The notes: a model not told the origin generated them from the sequence alone. Positions 9,085 through 18,248 are shown, numbered from the stretch's first letter. The stretch: DNA of 64,000 nt from Actinomycetes bacterium (GCA_037142435.1 JBAXAO010000002.1:730-64729), one strand, 5' to 3'. Numbers and translations: made by a program.

Positions 9085-9827
9085 CGCAGTATCTGGCGGT
9101 AGCGAATCCTGCTGGTGGAACTGGAAAAACGACGACCGCTCATGCACTGGCGGTTTCCTTTGCTGAATATGGGAAACGTACGTTGTTAGTTGATTGCACT
9201 TCGACTGCCAACTTAACTTATTTGTTAGGCGTAGAAAATCCGCGAGATACAACCTTCGATCTTTTTAGCAATTCATCTTTTGCCGAATCTGCAATCGTTT
9301 CTACTTCTGAACGATTTTCTTTTCTTCCATCTGATTCGAGACTCTCGTATTTAGACAATCGAGATAAATCTCTGAAAGCAATCACCGAAAATTTTAAAAA
9401 GTCGTTAGATCAGATCGATTCGCCTTTCGATTTTGTAATCTTAGATACGCCTTCAACGTTGTCGCAGGGTTGGATGGCCACGTTATTGCTAGCAGATTTT
9501 CATCTCGGAGTGACGACAGCTGGATTTGGAAGTGTTCGTGGAATTATTCAGACTCAAGAAGTTGTAGAAGTTTTGCGGAAAAGCCATGGTTCTTCTGCCC
9601 ACTGGCTGGGGACGCTGACAACTCAGGGAGCGAACGATTCACCCGCACTTGATCTTCTTGGAAGTGAATCTAGATTGCTGGCGCCATCGATTCCGCGAGC
9701 GTCCAGTGTGCTGGCAGCAGAAACCACGGGCAAGTCAGTATTAAACAATGACAATTCCGGGAAAGTTGCCCTCGCTTATCGAGAATTGGCCTACTTCTTG
9801 TTGGAAGAGATAACTAGCAAGAGCTAG
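9081..9827 (+). CDS. ParA/Soj-like P-loop ATPase with altered deviant Walker A (Rv3213c-like)
   Basis: MTQYLAVANPAGGTGKTTT aligns to the ParA motif xKGGxGKTT, but the signature Lys is Ala. ATG 9081 overlaps the upstream stop (ATGA). Confidence 0.75.
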   Translation: MTQYLAVANPAGGTGKTTTAHALAVSFAEYGKRTLLVDCTSTANLTYLLGVENPRDTTFDLFSNSSFAESAIVSTSERFSFLPSDSRLSYLDNRDKSLKAITENFKKSLDQIDSPFDFVILDTPSTLSQGWMATLLLADFHLGVTTAGFGSVRGIIQTQEVVEVLRKSHGSSAHWLGTLTTQGANDSPALDLLGSESRLLAPSIPRASSVLAAETTGKSVLNNDNSGKVALAYRELAYFLLEEITSKS

Positions 9828-10078
9828 AGATTTGCAAAGCCAACTCGACGTTCGGCAGATTCGCCTACTTCGACGAAGGAAATTTTTGCCGAACTAATAA
9901 TGGTTTTTCTGCCCTTGGTATCTTCCAGAACCAGCGCTTCATTCTTTTCCAGAGCATCTTTAACTGCTTTTAATACAACATCTTGAGACAATTCGCTTTC
10001 GATGTTGAGCTCTTGAGAACTATCGGAGATGCCGATGCGGACATCTGTGTGGTTTCCAGCACTTTTCTTTGTAGTCAT
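9824..10078 (-). CDS. DUF3107-family small protein (TB9.4-like)
   Basis: 84 aa. Its position next to a TetR regulator and moeZ matches Rv3208A (recalled). Its stop overlaps the convergent parA-like stop (CTAG). Confidence 0.6.
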   Translation of the reverse strand: MTTKKSAGNHTDVRIGISDSSQELNIESELSQDVVLKAVKDALEKNEALVLEDTKGRKTIISSAKISFVEVGESAERRVGFANL

Positions 10079-10114
10079 ATCTGAAGTTTAGTCATCGTTT
10101 CGCGCGGGTGCGAG

Positions 10115-10729
10115 TCAGTTTGCGGACTTGGGGAAGCCTGAAATACCGCGCCAGAGAAGGTTAGAAACAAGTTCACCAGCAATTTCGCGATTTATTTTTC
10201 CGTCACGCTCTAACCAATGCCGAGCTGCCGTTTGGGTGGTTCCGATCAAGCCCACGGCAAGCATCATCGAGGCTTCTTTAGCCAAGCCAGTGTCGAGTGA
10301 AATAACAGCGCTAACGGCTGCTGCACAGTCGTAGGTCATTCGATTAAGTCGCTCGCGAACTTGTGGCTCGACAGCCATATCGCTTTCGAAAAGCAAGCGA
10401 AAAGCTTCGCCTTCATCATTGATGAAACTAAAGTACGCATCCACTGTTGCTCGTACTCTGTCAGCGTTAGCGGAGGTTGAGGCGATTGCTTTTTGAATAT
10501 CAAAAACTAAGGAATCAATATGCAAATCTAGGACGGCAAGGTAGAGATCAAGCTTGGACGGAAAATGTTGATAGAGCACGGGCTTGCTCACCTTGGCTCT
10601 ATCGGCAATTTCATCCATCGCTGCTTGGTGGTATCCAGCCGCGGTGAAGACTTCCAGAGCTGCGGTCAGAAGTTGAGCGCGCCGCTCATCCCGGGGGAGT
10701 CGGCCACGGCCTGCGATATCGGTGGTCAT
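10115..10729 (-). CDS. TetR/AcrR-family transcriptional regulator
   Basis: It has an N-terminal HTH (ERRAQLLTAALEVFTAAGYHQAAMDEIADRAKVSKPVLYQHFPSK) and is 204 aa. Confidence 0.9.
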   Translation of the reverse strand: MTTDIAGRGRLPRDERRAQLLTAALEVFTAAGYHQAAMDEIADRAKVSKPVLYQHFPSKLDLYLAVLDLHIDSLVFDIQKAIASTSANADRVRATVDAYFSFINDEGEAFRLLFESDMAVEPQVRERLNRMTYDCAAAVSAVISLDTGLAKEASMMLAVGLIGTTQTAARHWLERDGKINREIAGELVSNLLWRGISGFPKSAN

Positions 10730-10747
10730 ACGTTGAATCGTACGACC
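10724..10747. promoter_or_regulatory. candidate TetR operator, imperfect 9-6-9 inverted repeat
   Basis: GGTCaTACG-ttgaat-CGTACGACC with one mismatch. It overlaps the TetR start codon in the divergent spacer toward moeZ. Confidence 0.35.
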
Positions 10748-10873
10748 TTAGGCAGGGTGAGAAGATAAGTTTTTCGCTATTTCTGGGCTTAACGCCCATT
10801 GTTTTGCGGTGGCAGGGAATATCCACGAAAATGGGAGGGTTACCTTAGGTACTCACTGAAGAAAAGAGAGACC

Positions 10874-12061
10874 GTGCCCTCATCAATCCCCGCTCTAGTT
10901 GAACCTGGTCCTGCCCTGACGGTAGATGAGGTTCGACGATATAGCCGCCATCTGATCATTCCAGACGTCGGAATGGCCGGACAACGTCGGTTGATGAATG
11001 CCAAAGTCCTCTGCGTTGGTGCTGGTGGATTAGGTTCTCCTGCCCTGATGTATCTCGCCGCTGCCGGCGTCGGAACTCTCGGCATCGTTGAATTTGATGT
11101 AGTGGATGAATCAAATTTGCAGCGACAAATAATTCATGGTCAATCTGATATTGGTAAGAGCAAAGCCTTAAGTGCCAAAGAAACCATCGCCGAAATTAAC
11201 CCGTATGTAAATGTTCAGATTCACAATGTACGCCTCGATATCGATAACGTAATGGAAATTTTTTCCCAATATGACCTCATCGTTGATGGAACTGACAACT
11301 TTGCAACTCGCTATCTCGTCAACGATGCTTGTGTACTTTTAAAGAAGCCCTACGTCTGGGGATCCATTTATCGTTTTGATGGCCAAGCCAGTGTTTTTTG
11401 GGCTGAGTATGGTCCTTGCTATCGCTGCTTGTATCCCGAGCCACCACCTCCAGGAATGGTCCCCAGCTGCGCCGAAGGCGGAGTTCTCGGTGTGCTGTGT
11501 GCCTCTATTGGGTCCATTCAGACAACTGAAGCAATCAAATTAATCGCAGGAATCGGTGAACCACTTGTCGGTTCTTTAATGATTTATGACGCTCTGGAAA
11601 TGTCCTACCGAAAAATTAATGTGAGGAAAGATCCCAACTGCCCGATCTGTAGCGATCATCCAACTCAAACTGAATTGCTGCCGGACTACGAAGCTTTCTG
11701 TGGAGTCCTCACTGAAAGTGCGGCAGCTGCCTCAACAGGCTCCACCATCTCCGTAACTGAGCTCAAGGCCAAAATGGATAACCATGAAAAATTCATGTTG
11801 ATCGATGTCCGCGAACCTAGCGAGTGGGACATCGTCAAAATTCCAGGCGCTACATTGATACCCAAGCAAGGGTTTATTGATGGCTCAGCTCTGGAATCTC
11901 TGCCTAACGATGTACCCATTATTTTGCACTGCAAATCTGGGGTTCGCTCGGCTGAGTGTCTAGCTGTCCTGAAGCAAGCCGGATTTGCAGATGCCACACA
12001 CGTCGCCGGCGGCGTCGTTGCATGGGTAAAGCAAATCGACCCTTCACTCCCCATTTACTAG
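10874..12061 (+). CDS. moeZ: adenylyltransferase/sulfurtransferase MoeZ (ThiF/MoeB domain + rhodanese)
   Basis: It matches recalled M. tuberculosis MoeZ closely ([40 protein letters not shown]) and has a C-terminal rhodanese (HCKSGVRS). GTG 10874 with gaaaagagag upstream is preferred to the tracked 10799. Confidence 0.9.
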   Translation: MPSSIPALVEPGPALTVDEVRRYSRHLIIPDVGMAGQRRLMNAKVLCVGAGGLGSPALMYLAAAGVGTLGIVEFDVVDESNLQRQIIHGQSDIGKSKALSAKETIAEINPYVNVQIHNVRLDIDNVMEIFSQYDLIVDGTDNFATRYLVNDACVLLKKPYVWGSIYRFDGQASVFWAEYGPCYRCLYPEPPPPGMVPSCAEGGVLGVLCASIGSIQTTEAIKLIAGIGEPLVGSLMIYDALEMSYRKINVRKDPNCPICSDHPTQTELLPDYEAFCGVLTESAAAASTGSTISVTELKAKMDNHEKFMLIDVREPSEWDIVKIPGATLIPKQGFIDGSALESLPNDVPIILHCKSGVRSAECLAVLKQAGFADATHVAGGVVAWVKQIDPSLPIY

Positions 12062-12095
12062 TACCCACAAGTTCCCGCTAAAGAATCGAGCCCAG

Positions 12096-12980
12096 ATGTC
12101 AGATCGTCGCCTCCTCCTCGTTCATGCTCATCCAGACGATGAGACGATCAACAACGGAGCCACTATGGCTAAATATGTTGCTGATGGCGTCAAAGTTACG
12201 CTTGTAACTTGCACACGTGGCGAAGAAGGCGAAGTTTTGGTTGTCGATCTTGCCCATTTGGCGAGTACGCATTCTGATCAACTCGGAACTCACCGCGAGA
12301 CTGAGCTTGCGGCTGCGATGGAGTTATTAGGCGTAAGTGATCATCGCTTCCTCGGAGCACCGGAGCGCAAATGGCGCGACAGCGGAATGATGGGCACCGA
12401 GCCAAACAATCGAACTGATGTTTTTTGGCAAGCCGATCTCGACGATGCGGCTGCTCAACTCGTGAAAGTTATTCGTGAGATCAAACCTCAGGTATTGGTT
12501 ACCTATGATGAATTTGGCGGCTATGGCCATCCCGATCATATTCAGGCGCATCGTGTGGCGATGCGGGCAGCCGAACTCGCTGCCGAAAAGAATCATGGCG
12601 AGGGCCAACCTTGGGAAATTTCCAAAATATATTGGAACACCATGCCCCGTTCTGTGATTCAAGCTGGCATAGATAAAATGAAAGAGATGGGCTCGGATTT
12701 CTTCGGTGCTGAAAGTGCAGATGATCTTCCCTTCGCTAAGCCCGATGAGCTCGTCACAACTTTGATTGACGGCTCGGAGTACGTAGATGCAAAAATGGCA
12801 GCAATGAAAGCTCATGAAACGCAAATTTCCGTCGACGGTCCTTTCTTTGCACTCTCTAACAATGTTGGCCTCAATGTTTGGGGAAATGAGTACTACACCT
12901 TGGTTAAAGGGGAAAAAGCCGGAGCTCTAGATGAGCACGGGAGAGAAACAGATCTCTTCGCTGGCCTAAGCACTATTTGA
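12096..12980 (+). CDS. mshB: GlcNAc-inositol deacetylase MshB (LmbE family)
   Basis: [13 protein letters not shown] zinc motif, HPDHIQAH, 294 aa, in a conserved position relative to fdx/dapC. Confidence 0.85.
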   Translation: MSDRRLLLVHAHPDDETINNGATMAKYVADGVKVTLVTCTRGEEGEVLVVDLAHLASTHSDQLGTHRETELAAAMELLGVSDHRFLGAPERKWRDSGMMGTEPNNRTDVFWQADLDDAAAQLVKVIREIKPQVLVTYDEFGGYGHPDHIQAHRVAMRAAELAAEKNHGEGQPWEISKIYWNTMPRSVIQAGIDKMKEMGSDFFGAESADDLPFAKPDELVTTLIDGSEYVDAKMAAMKAHETQISVDGPFFALSNNVGLNVWGNEYYTLVKGEKAGALDEHGRETDLFAGLSTI

Positions 12981-12982
12981 TA

Positions 12983-13297
12983 ATGGTTCGCTTCTTACTC
13001 GCCATCGCAGCTGGAGTCGTGCTCGGGTTTTCAACTTTGGTCATTCACAATGCCTGGCCACCGGTCGGACTAATTTTCGCATTGCTGGAAACGGCGGTCG
13101 GGATTTATCTTGTAGGCAGCATCTCTGGGTCGCGATGGTTGAAATTACCGGCGGCCTTGGGTTGGTTGGCTATCGTCTTACGTGCTGGGACGCACGGCGT
13201 CAGTTTTGAAATATTAGTCATGGGTAACACGACAGGTAATATCTTCTTGCTTGCCGGAATTTCGCTCTTGGTAATCGTGGGCTTAAAACGCGTCTAA
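12983..13297 (+). CDS. small 3-4 TM membrane protein (Rv1171/DUF6113-like, recalled)
   Basis: Hydrophobic throughout and immediately downstream of mshB. ATG 12983 or TTG 12977 could be the start. Confidence 0.55.
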   Translation: MVRFLLAIAAGVVLGFSTLVIHNAWPPVGLIFALLETAVGIYLVGSISGSRWLKLPAALGWLAIVLRAGTHGVSFEILVMGNTTGNIFLLAGISLLVIVGLKRV

Positions 13298-14715
13298 TAA
13301 ATTCGTTCCCACTTTTGTCCTTCGGCTGTATCTCTAATTTCAATTTTTAAAAGAAGTAGTTTGTCTCGCAATTGATCGCTGAGGACATAGTCTTTTTGGG
13401 CCCTTGCTCGCTCTCGTAGTGCTAGAAGTTCGGAAACCTCTAGGGTAATTTCCGCCTGAACTTCTTCACGTTCGAGATCGAGCCCCAGGAGGTTATCAAT
13501 TCGGGCAAATATTTCTCGTTTGCAACCGGCAGATAGTTCTGGATCCTTCTCTAGAGAACGCAAGCGTTGAATAACTTTTGGTGTATCCAAATCATTTTCG
13601 AAGTCAGCGACCATACCTTCGACTTCGCGCTCGATGGTCTCACCATCTATAGATTGGCTCTCGCTCCATTCCGACATTTTTGCTCGCCATCTTTGAATCA
13701 CCGAATGAGCGGCATTGATCGCATCCCACGTCAGATCCATCTGACTGCGGTAGCGGTTTTCTAAGAAGCAGAGCCGAAGCGCAAGTGGATCGATTCCGCG
13801 TGTGATGAGATCTCTCACTAAAACAACATTCCCTGAACTCTTGGACATCTTTCGTCCTTCGAAGAGAAGATGTTCACCGTGAACCCAGTGATCAACCGCT
13901 TCAACACCAGCCAGGAGAGAATTCGACTGAGCTCTTTCATTTTCGTGGTGGGGGAATCGCAAATCTATTCCGCCTAAATGAAGGTCAACATGTCCCTCTA
14001 AGTATTCCAAAGACATAGCCGAACATTCGATGTGCCAACCAGGAAAACCATCTCCCCAAGGAGTTGGCCAAACCATTTCGGTACGGTTATGCGCTCGTTT
14101 CCAAAGCGCCCAGTCGGCGTGAAATCTTTTCGCGCCATCATCCACATATTCGTACCGGTGCCCTGGTTTTAGCGCATCTAAGCGATTGCCACTGATTGCG
14201 CCGTAATCTGCAAAAGAGTTAGCTGCGAAGTAGATGCTCTCGTCGCTTCCTTGATAGGCATTCCCACTGGCGATTAATTTTAGTATCGCCGTGACCATCA
14301 AATCTACTGTTTCGCTGGCCCTTGGGTAGAGATTGGCGGGAGTGATATTCAGATGGGCAAGATCTTCATGAAATTTATCTTCGAATTCTCGTGCAATGGC
14401 GAGGGCAGAGACTTGCCTATTACTGGCTTCCGCCAACATTTTATCTTCTGTAGATTCCACCAAGTTGCCGTCAACAAAGTTTTCGTTCATGTGTCCAACG
14501 TCGGTGATGTTCTGCACCAAGTAGACAGGCACTTTCCGAAAACTTAGCGTTCGAACAATCAGATCGCTGAGAAGAAATGTCCTTAAGTTTCCGACGTGAG
14601 CATCGCGGTAAACGGTGGGGCCGCAGCAGTAAATCTTCACAGTCTTCGTATCGGCTGAGGTAACGGTCTGGACTTCTCGAGATTTTGTGTCGTAGAGACG
14701 GAGTAAAGTTTTCAT
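13294..14715 (-). CDS. cysS: cysteine--tRNA ligase
   Basis: CCGPTVYRDAHVGN (HIGH-like), HIECSAM, FPHHENERAQS zinc/active-site motifs and KMSKS are present. The C-terminal helical extension (LLALRERARAQKDYVLSDQLRDKL) is typical of CysS, not MshC. Confidence 0.8.
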   Translation of the reverse strand: MKTLLRLYDTKSREVQTVTSADTKTVKIYCCGPTVYRDAHVGNLRTFLLSDLIVRTLSFRKVPVYLVQNITDVGHMNENFVDGNLVESTEDKMLAEASNRQVSALAIAREFEDKFHEDLAHLNITPANLYPRASETVDLMVTAILKLIASGNAYQGSDESIYFAANSFADYGAISGNRLDALKPGHRYEYVDDGAKRFHADWALWKRAHNRTEMVWPTPWGDGFPGWHIECSAMSLEYLEGHVDLHLGGIDLRFPHHENERAQSNSLLAGVEAVDHWVHGEHLLFEGRKMSKSSGNVVLVRDLITRGIDPLALRLCFLENRYRSQMDLTWDAINAAHSVIQRWRAKMSEWSESQSIDGETIEREVEGMVADFENDLDTPKVIQRLRSLEKDPELSAGCKREIFARIDNLLGLDLEREEVQAEITLEVSELLALRERARAQKDYVLSDQLRDKLLLLKIEIRDTAEGQKWERIY

Positions 14716-15656
14716 AATTGGCGATACCGATAATTATGATGAACGTGAAATTCAAATTTTTCGTACAGCGATATAGCAGATCCATTCTTGACATCTACTT
14801 GCAACATAAATTTATCGGCGTTGCTATGAGCAATGAGTTGGCAGAGAATCTCAACAGCCAATCCGGTACGACGAAATTCAGGTTGAACATAAAGGCGGGA
14901 AATAACACCCCACTGATTAATGTCGGAGATCCGCCCGGCGGCTACCCAAACCCCATCAATTTCAATGGCCACGTATTGCGAAGGGTATGAAGCCATGATG
15001 ACCTTGCCCTGGCGCTCGCCCTGAATATCTAGCCATCGGTCGCTAGGTTGATTGAGCACGTGAATAAAATAGTTCCCGCGGCGGAAATGAAAATTTTCGA
15101 AAGTTTTGCGATCAGCAATCATGACGTGGGCTTCGATCGAAGTCTTCCAGCCATATTCCTCGAGCACATCATCTAGTTCGGCATAGACGGGCAGAGCGAC
15201 ATGGAAAACAGGGGGCAGTCCACGTTCGGCATAAAACTGAACGACGTGATCAAGGCTCTTTCCGAATTCATGCCCAGGCTCTCCGTAAGGAGCTTTTCCT
15301 CGTGGGCGGACTGAATTTGCCCTACGAGTGAAACCTGAACCCGCACGAAATCTCCAGCCGCCGAATTCTTCAACTTCTGGAGCGGGCCAGGTCGCTTCGG
15401 CTAAATCTTCTAATTCCATGATGCGCAGAGAGCGAGGAGAGCCAGTACCGGCTAGGTGAACCTTCTCGGGGATGACTTTCCAAACGAAAATATCTTGCCA
15501 GCGAAAGGAGGCAAGTGATCCATCTCTCTTTCTTACCGTGGATGGGCTTTCCAGGATTCCGAGCAGGTCGCGAAATCCGCCTTCGGGATCGTGTAACCGG
15601 ATCGTGACGCGCGAGCCGACGCTACTGGTCAATGTGTCCAAAATTCGAGCAACCAT
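14712..15656 (-). CDS. GNAT-family N-acetyltransferase with non-GNAT N-terminal domain
   Basis: The C-terminal acetyl-CoA motif region is LYVQPEFRRTGLAVEIL. The N-terminal VGSRVTIRLHDPEGGFRDLLG segment resembles the Rv0428c-type family (recalled, unverified). ATGA coupling to cysS. Confidence 0.65.
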   Translation of the reverse strand: MVARILDTLTSSVGSRVTIRLHDPEGGFRDLLGILESPSTVRKRDGSLASFRWQDIFVWKVIPEKVHLAGTGSPRSLRIMELEDLAEATWPAPEVEEFGGWRFRAGSGFTRRANSVRPRGKAPYGEPGHEFGKSLDHVVQFYAERGLPPVFHVALPVYAELDDVLEEYGWKTSIEAHVMIADRKTFENFHFRRGNYFIHVLNQPSDRWLDIQGERQGKVIMASYPSQYVAIEIDGVWVAAGRISDINQWGVISRLYVQPEFRRTGLAVEILCQLIAHSNADKFMLQVDVKNGSAISLYEKFEFHVHHNYRYRQL

Positions 15657-15748
15657 GTCATCCTCCCCTCGCGTAGCCCTATTCTGTACCCTTAAGTGCA
15701 GTCAGGCAGAGTTTAAAAACCGAAATGTAATTCTTTGGAGGAGCGAAC

Positions 15749-16072
15749 GTGACCTACGTAATTGCCGAACCTTGTGTCGACATCAAAGACAAGTCCTGTA
15801 TCGAGGAGTGTCCAGTTGATTGCATCTACGAGGGCAATCGGATGCTCTATATCCAACCTGACGAGTGTGTTGACTGCGGAGCCTGCGAGCCCGTCTGCCC
15901 AGTAGAAGCCATCTATTACGAAGATGACGTTCCTTCGCAGTGGAAAGAGTATGGCCCGGTTAATAGTGAGTTCTTTGTCGAAATCGGTTCTCCTGGTGGC
16001 GCCAGCAAAGTGGGTCAAACTGGCACAGACCACAACAAAATTGTTTCTTTGCCCATTCAAACCAAAGAGTAA
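15749..16072 (+). CDS. fdxA: 7Fe ferredoxin ([3Fe-4S][4Fe-4S])
   Basis: MTYVIAEPCVDIKDKSCIEECPVDCIYEG...CVDCGACEPVCPVEAI. It is 107 aa and nearly collinear with recalled Rv1177. Confidence 0.95.
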   Translation: MTYVIAEPCVDIKDKSCIEECPVDCIYEGNRMLYIQPDECVDCGACEPVCPVEAIYYEDDVPSQWKEYGPVNSEFFVEIGSPGGASKVGQTGTDHNKIVSLPIQTKE

Positions 16073-16075
16073 GAA

Positions 16076-17137
16076 ATCAAACTCCCTGATTTTCCATGGG
16101 ATCGGCTAGCTCCTTACGGAGCGAAGGCTAGAACGCACCCTGATGGAATTATCGATCTCTCGCAAGGTACGCCAGTCGATGCAACGCCGGCATTTATTCA
16201 ACAAGCGTTAATTGACGCGGCAAATTCGCCGAGTTATCCCGTCACTATCGGCACGCCAGAACTTCGCGCTGCGATGCGACTGTGGGCAGCTGATGTCCTC
16301 GGCGCTCAAGGAGAATTCGACGTTCTGCCAACAATCGGCTCAAAAGAACTTGTTGCTTGGTTGCCATCTCTACTGCAATCTAAGAAAGTCCTCTATCCCG
16401 AGGTTGCTTATCCAACATATTTGGTGGGCGCACTCATTTCGGATTCGCAAGCACTGCCGGTCGGACTTGATCCTTCGATCTGGCCAGATGCAGATTTAGC
16501 TTGGATAAATTCACCATCTAATCCAACCGGACGAGTGCATTCAGATGATGAACTACAAGCCGTTATTAATTATTCGCGCCGAACTGGAACCATTATCGCC
16601 AGCGATGAGTGTTATCTCAGTTTCCCTTCATCAAAACAAGCCAATTCTATTTTGAAAATTGCGGCGGGAAATAATCAGAATCTTTTGGCGGTACATTCAT
16701 TATCCAAGCGCTCTAACCTTGCTGGTTATCGAGCCGGTATTTTGCTGGGCGATCCAGATTTAATTGCTCGGATCAGAGAAGTCCGCAAGCACGCCGGCAT
16801 GATGGTGCCGTTGCCAGTGCAACGCGCAATGACCGTGGCCCTAGCCGACGAAATTCATGTTGCCGAACAATCGACTAGATACCGAGCCCGTCGCGATGCG
16901 CTGCAACCAGCACTGGAAAACGCTGGCTTTCGCGTTCACTTCACCGAATCCGGTCTCTACATTTGGTGCACCAGGGACGAGTCCGATTGGGATTCGGTTT
17001 CATGGTTGGCAGACCTTGGCATCTTGGCGACCCCAGGAAGTTTTTACGGAGAAAATTCTGGAAAATTTATTCGGGTAGCCCTGACTTCAACCGATGCAGC
17101 TATTGCTCAAGCCGTTGCTCGTTTGCAAGGCGCTTAA
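16076..17137 (+). CDS. dapC: succinyldiaminopimelate aminotransferase DapC-like (class I PLP aminotransferase)
   Basis: The conserved N-terminus LPDFPWDRLAPYGAKARTHPDGIIDLSQGTPVD starts 3 codons after the fdx stop, in the same frame. LSKRSNLAGYR is the PLP-Lys context. There is no ATG/GTG/TTG/CTG before 16274, so the start is uncertain (ATC 16076 proposed). Confidence 0.75.
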   Translation: MKLPDFPWDRLAPYGAKARTHPDGIIDLSQGTPVDATPAFIQQALIDAANSPSYPVTIGTPELRAAMRLWAADVLGAQGEFDVLPTIGSKELVAWLPSLLQSKKVLYPEVAYPTYLVGALISDSQALPVGLDPSIWPDADLAWINSPSNPTGRVHSDDELQAVINYSRRTGTIIASDECYLSFPSSKQANSILKIAAGNNQNLLAVHSLSKRSNLAGYRAGILLGDPDLIARIREVRKHAGMMVPLPVQRAMTVALADEIHVAEQSTRYRARRDALQPALENAGFRVHFTESGLYIWCTRDESDWDSVSWLADLGILATPGSFYGENSGKFIRVALTSTDAAIAQAVARLQGA

Positions 17138-17140
17138 GTC

Positions 17141-18109
17141 ATGTCTTACTCGGCCATCCTTTTGGTGGGCGGCATGGGAACGAGGCTTCACCCTCTGACC
17201 AAAGCCACCCCAAAACCCATGTTGAACGTAGCTGGCGTGCCTTTCATTGAGCATCAAATCGTTAGAGCGCGCGAATCAGGAGTTTCAGAAATAATTTTGG
17301 CAACATCTTTCTTGGCCGAACTTTTTCAACCCCACTTTGGCGATGGTTCTGAGTTTGGCATTTCCATTAAATACTCGATTGAAAAAGCGGCGTTAGGGAC
17401 TGGCGGCGCCATTCGCCATGCCAGCAAATTGCTGACCGGTAGTGGTCCAGTCGTGATCTTTAACGGAGACGTTCTCAGCGGTCATAATCTCTCAGGCCAA
17501 ATTGAATTTCATATTAGCCACGAAGCGGAAGTAACTTTGTATTTGACGAGCGTTCCAGATGCCAGGGCCTACGGAGCTGTAGAGCTTTCAGGAGATCGCG
17601 TTATTGCATTCAACGAAAAAATGGCGAATCCGCCCACCAACATCATTAACGCTGGCTGCTACATATTTGAACGAGAAATTATTCTTGGGATTCCAGATGG
17701 AAAAGTAGTGAGCGTCGAACGAGAAACTTTTCCGCAATTGCTTGCTGATTTTCGGCGAGTTTTCGGCTTTGTAGATAGCTCCTATTGGCTAGACATAGGT
17801 ACGCCAGCAGCGCTGGTCAAAGCATCGCAAGACTTAGTTCTGGGCCGAGTGGTGTCGGCGGCTACCCCGGCTCATCAAGGGGATTACCTGCTCGCCTCCG
17901 GAGCCACCATCGGTGAAGGTTCGAAAATCATTGGAGGGTCGGTGATCGGGGCGGGTGCAATTGTTGAATCTGGCTGCACCATCGATGGCAGCAACATTGG
18001 CGCCGGAGCAGTTATTGGATCCGGATCAGTTCTGAGCAATTCTTTTGTTGCTAATGATTGTCAAGTGCCATCTGGAACTTTGGGGAATTCTTGCTTCTTG
18101 GGTTTCTAA
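17141..18109 (+). CDS. sugar-1-phosphate nucleotidyltransferase (mannose-1-phosphate guanylyltransferase-like) with C-terminal LbH
   Basis: LLVGGMGTRLHPLTKATPKPML signature. The C-terminus has hexapeptide repeats (IGGSVIGAGAIVESGCTIDGSNIGAGAVIG). Synteny with Rv3264c next to whiB2. Confidence 0.8.
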   Translation: MSYSAILLVGGMGTRLHPLTKATPKPMLNVAGVPFIEHQIVRARESGVSEIILATSFLAELFQPHFGDGSEFGISIKYSIEKAALGTGGAIRHASKLLTGSGPVVIFNGDVLSGHNLSGQIEFHISHEAEVTLYLTSVPDARAYGAVELSGDRVIAFNEKMANPPTNIINAGCYIFEREIILGIPDGKVVSVERETFPQLLADFRRVFGFVDSSYWLDIGTPAALVKASQDLVLGRVVSAATPAHQGDYLLASGATIGEGSKIIGGSVIGAGAIVESGCTIDGSNIGAGAVIGSGSVLSNSFVANDCQVPSGTLGNSCFLGF

Positions 18110-18248
18110 ACCCCCGCAAATCAACAAATTAACCTGAATTTGACATGTTTTCTCGCAATCGGACTTGACTAAGAGGGATTACAAGCGTGTAATTCGTCTA
18201 GTCCAAGTTACCAGCACGAGGTAGCTCATGCCATTAGGAGAATTCACG

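Noticed and set aside
12327-12824. Long antisense or shadow ORFs inside well-supported genes, for example 12327..12824, 25252..25761, 49159..49746, 51656..52114, 42709..43167, 55388..55744 and 5931..6362.
   Set aside because: Each lies entirely within a CDS that has strong family motifs on the other strand or frame, shows low-complexity or biased composition, and has no motif of its own. They are typical frame shadows.
13294-14715. Calling the cysteine ligase MshC because it sits near mshB and a GNAT gene.
   Set aside because: It has the CysS-type FPHHENERAQS motif (MshC has HHEF-type, as I recall) and a C-terminal anticodon-binding-like extension, and it is CysS-length (473 aa). I kept it as cysS and flagged the neighbourhood as a finding instead.
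16212-16499. Tracked ORF 16212..16499 (95 aa) as a separate gene between fdx and dapC.
   Set aside because: It is out of frame within the region that encodes the conserved DapC N-terminal segment, so it is a shadow ORF.
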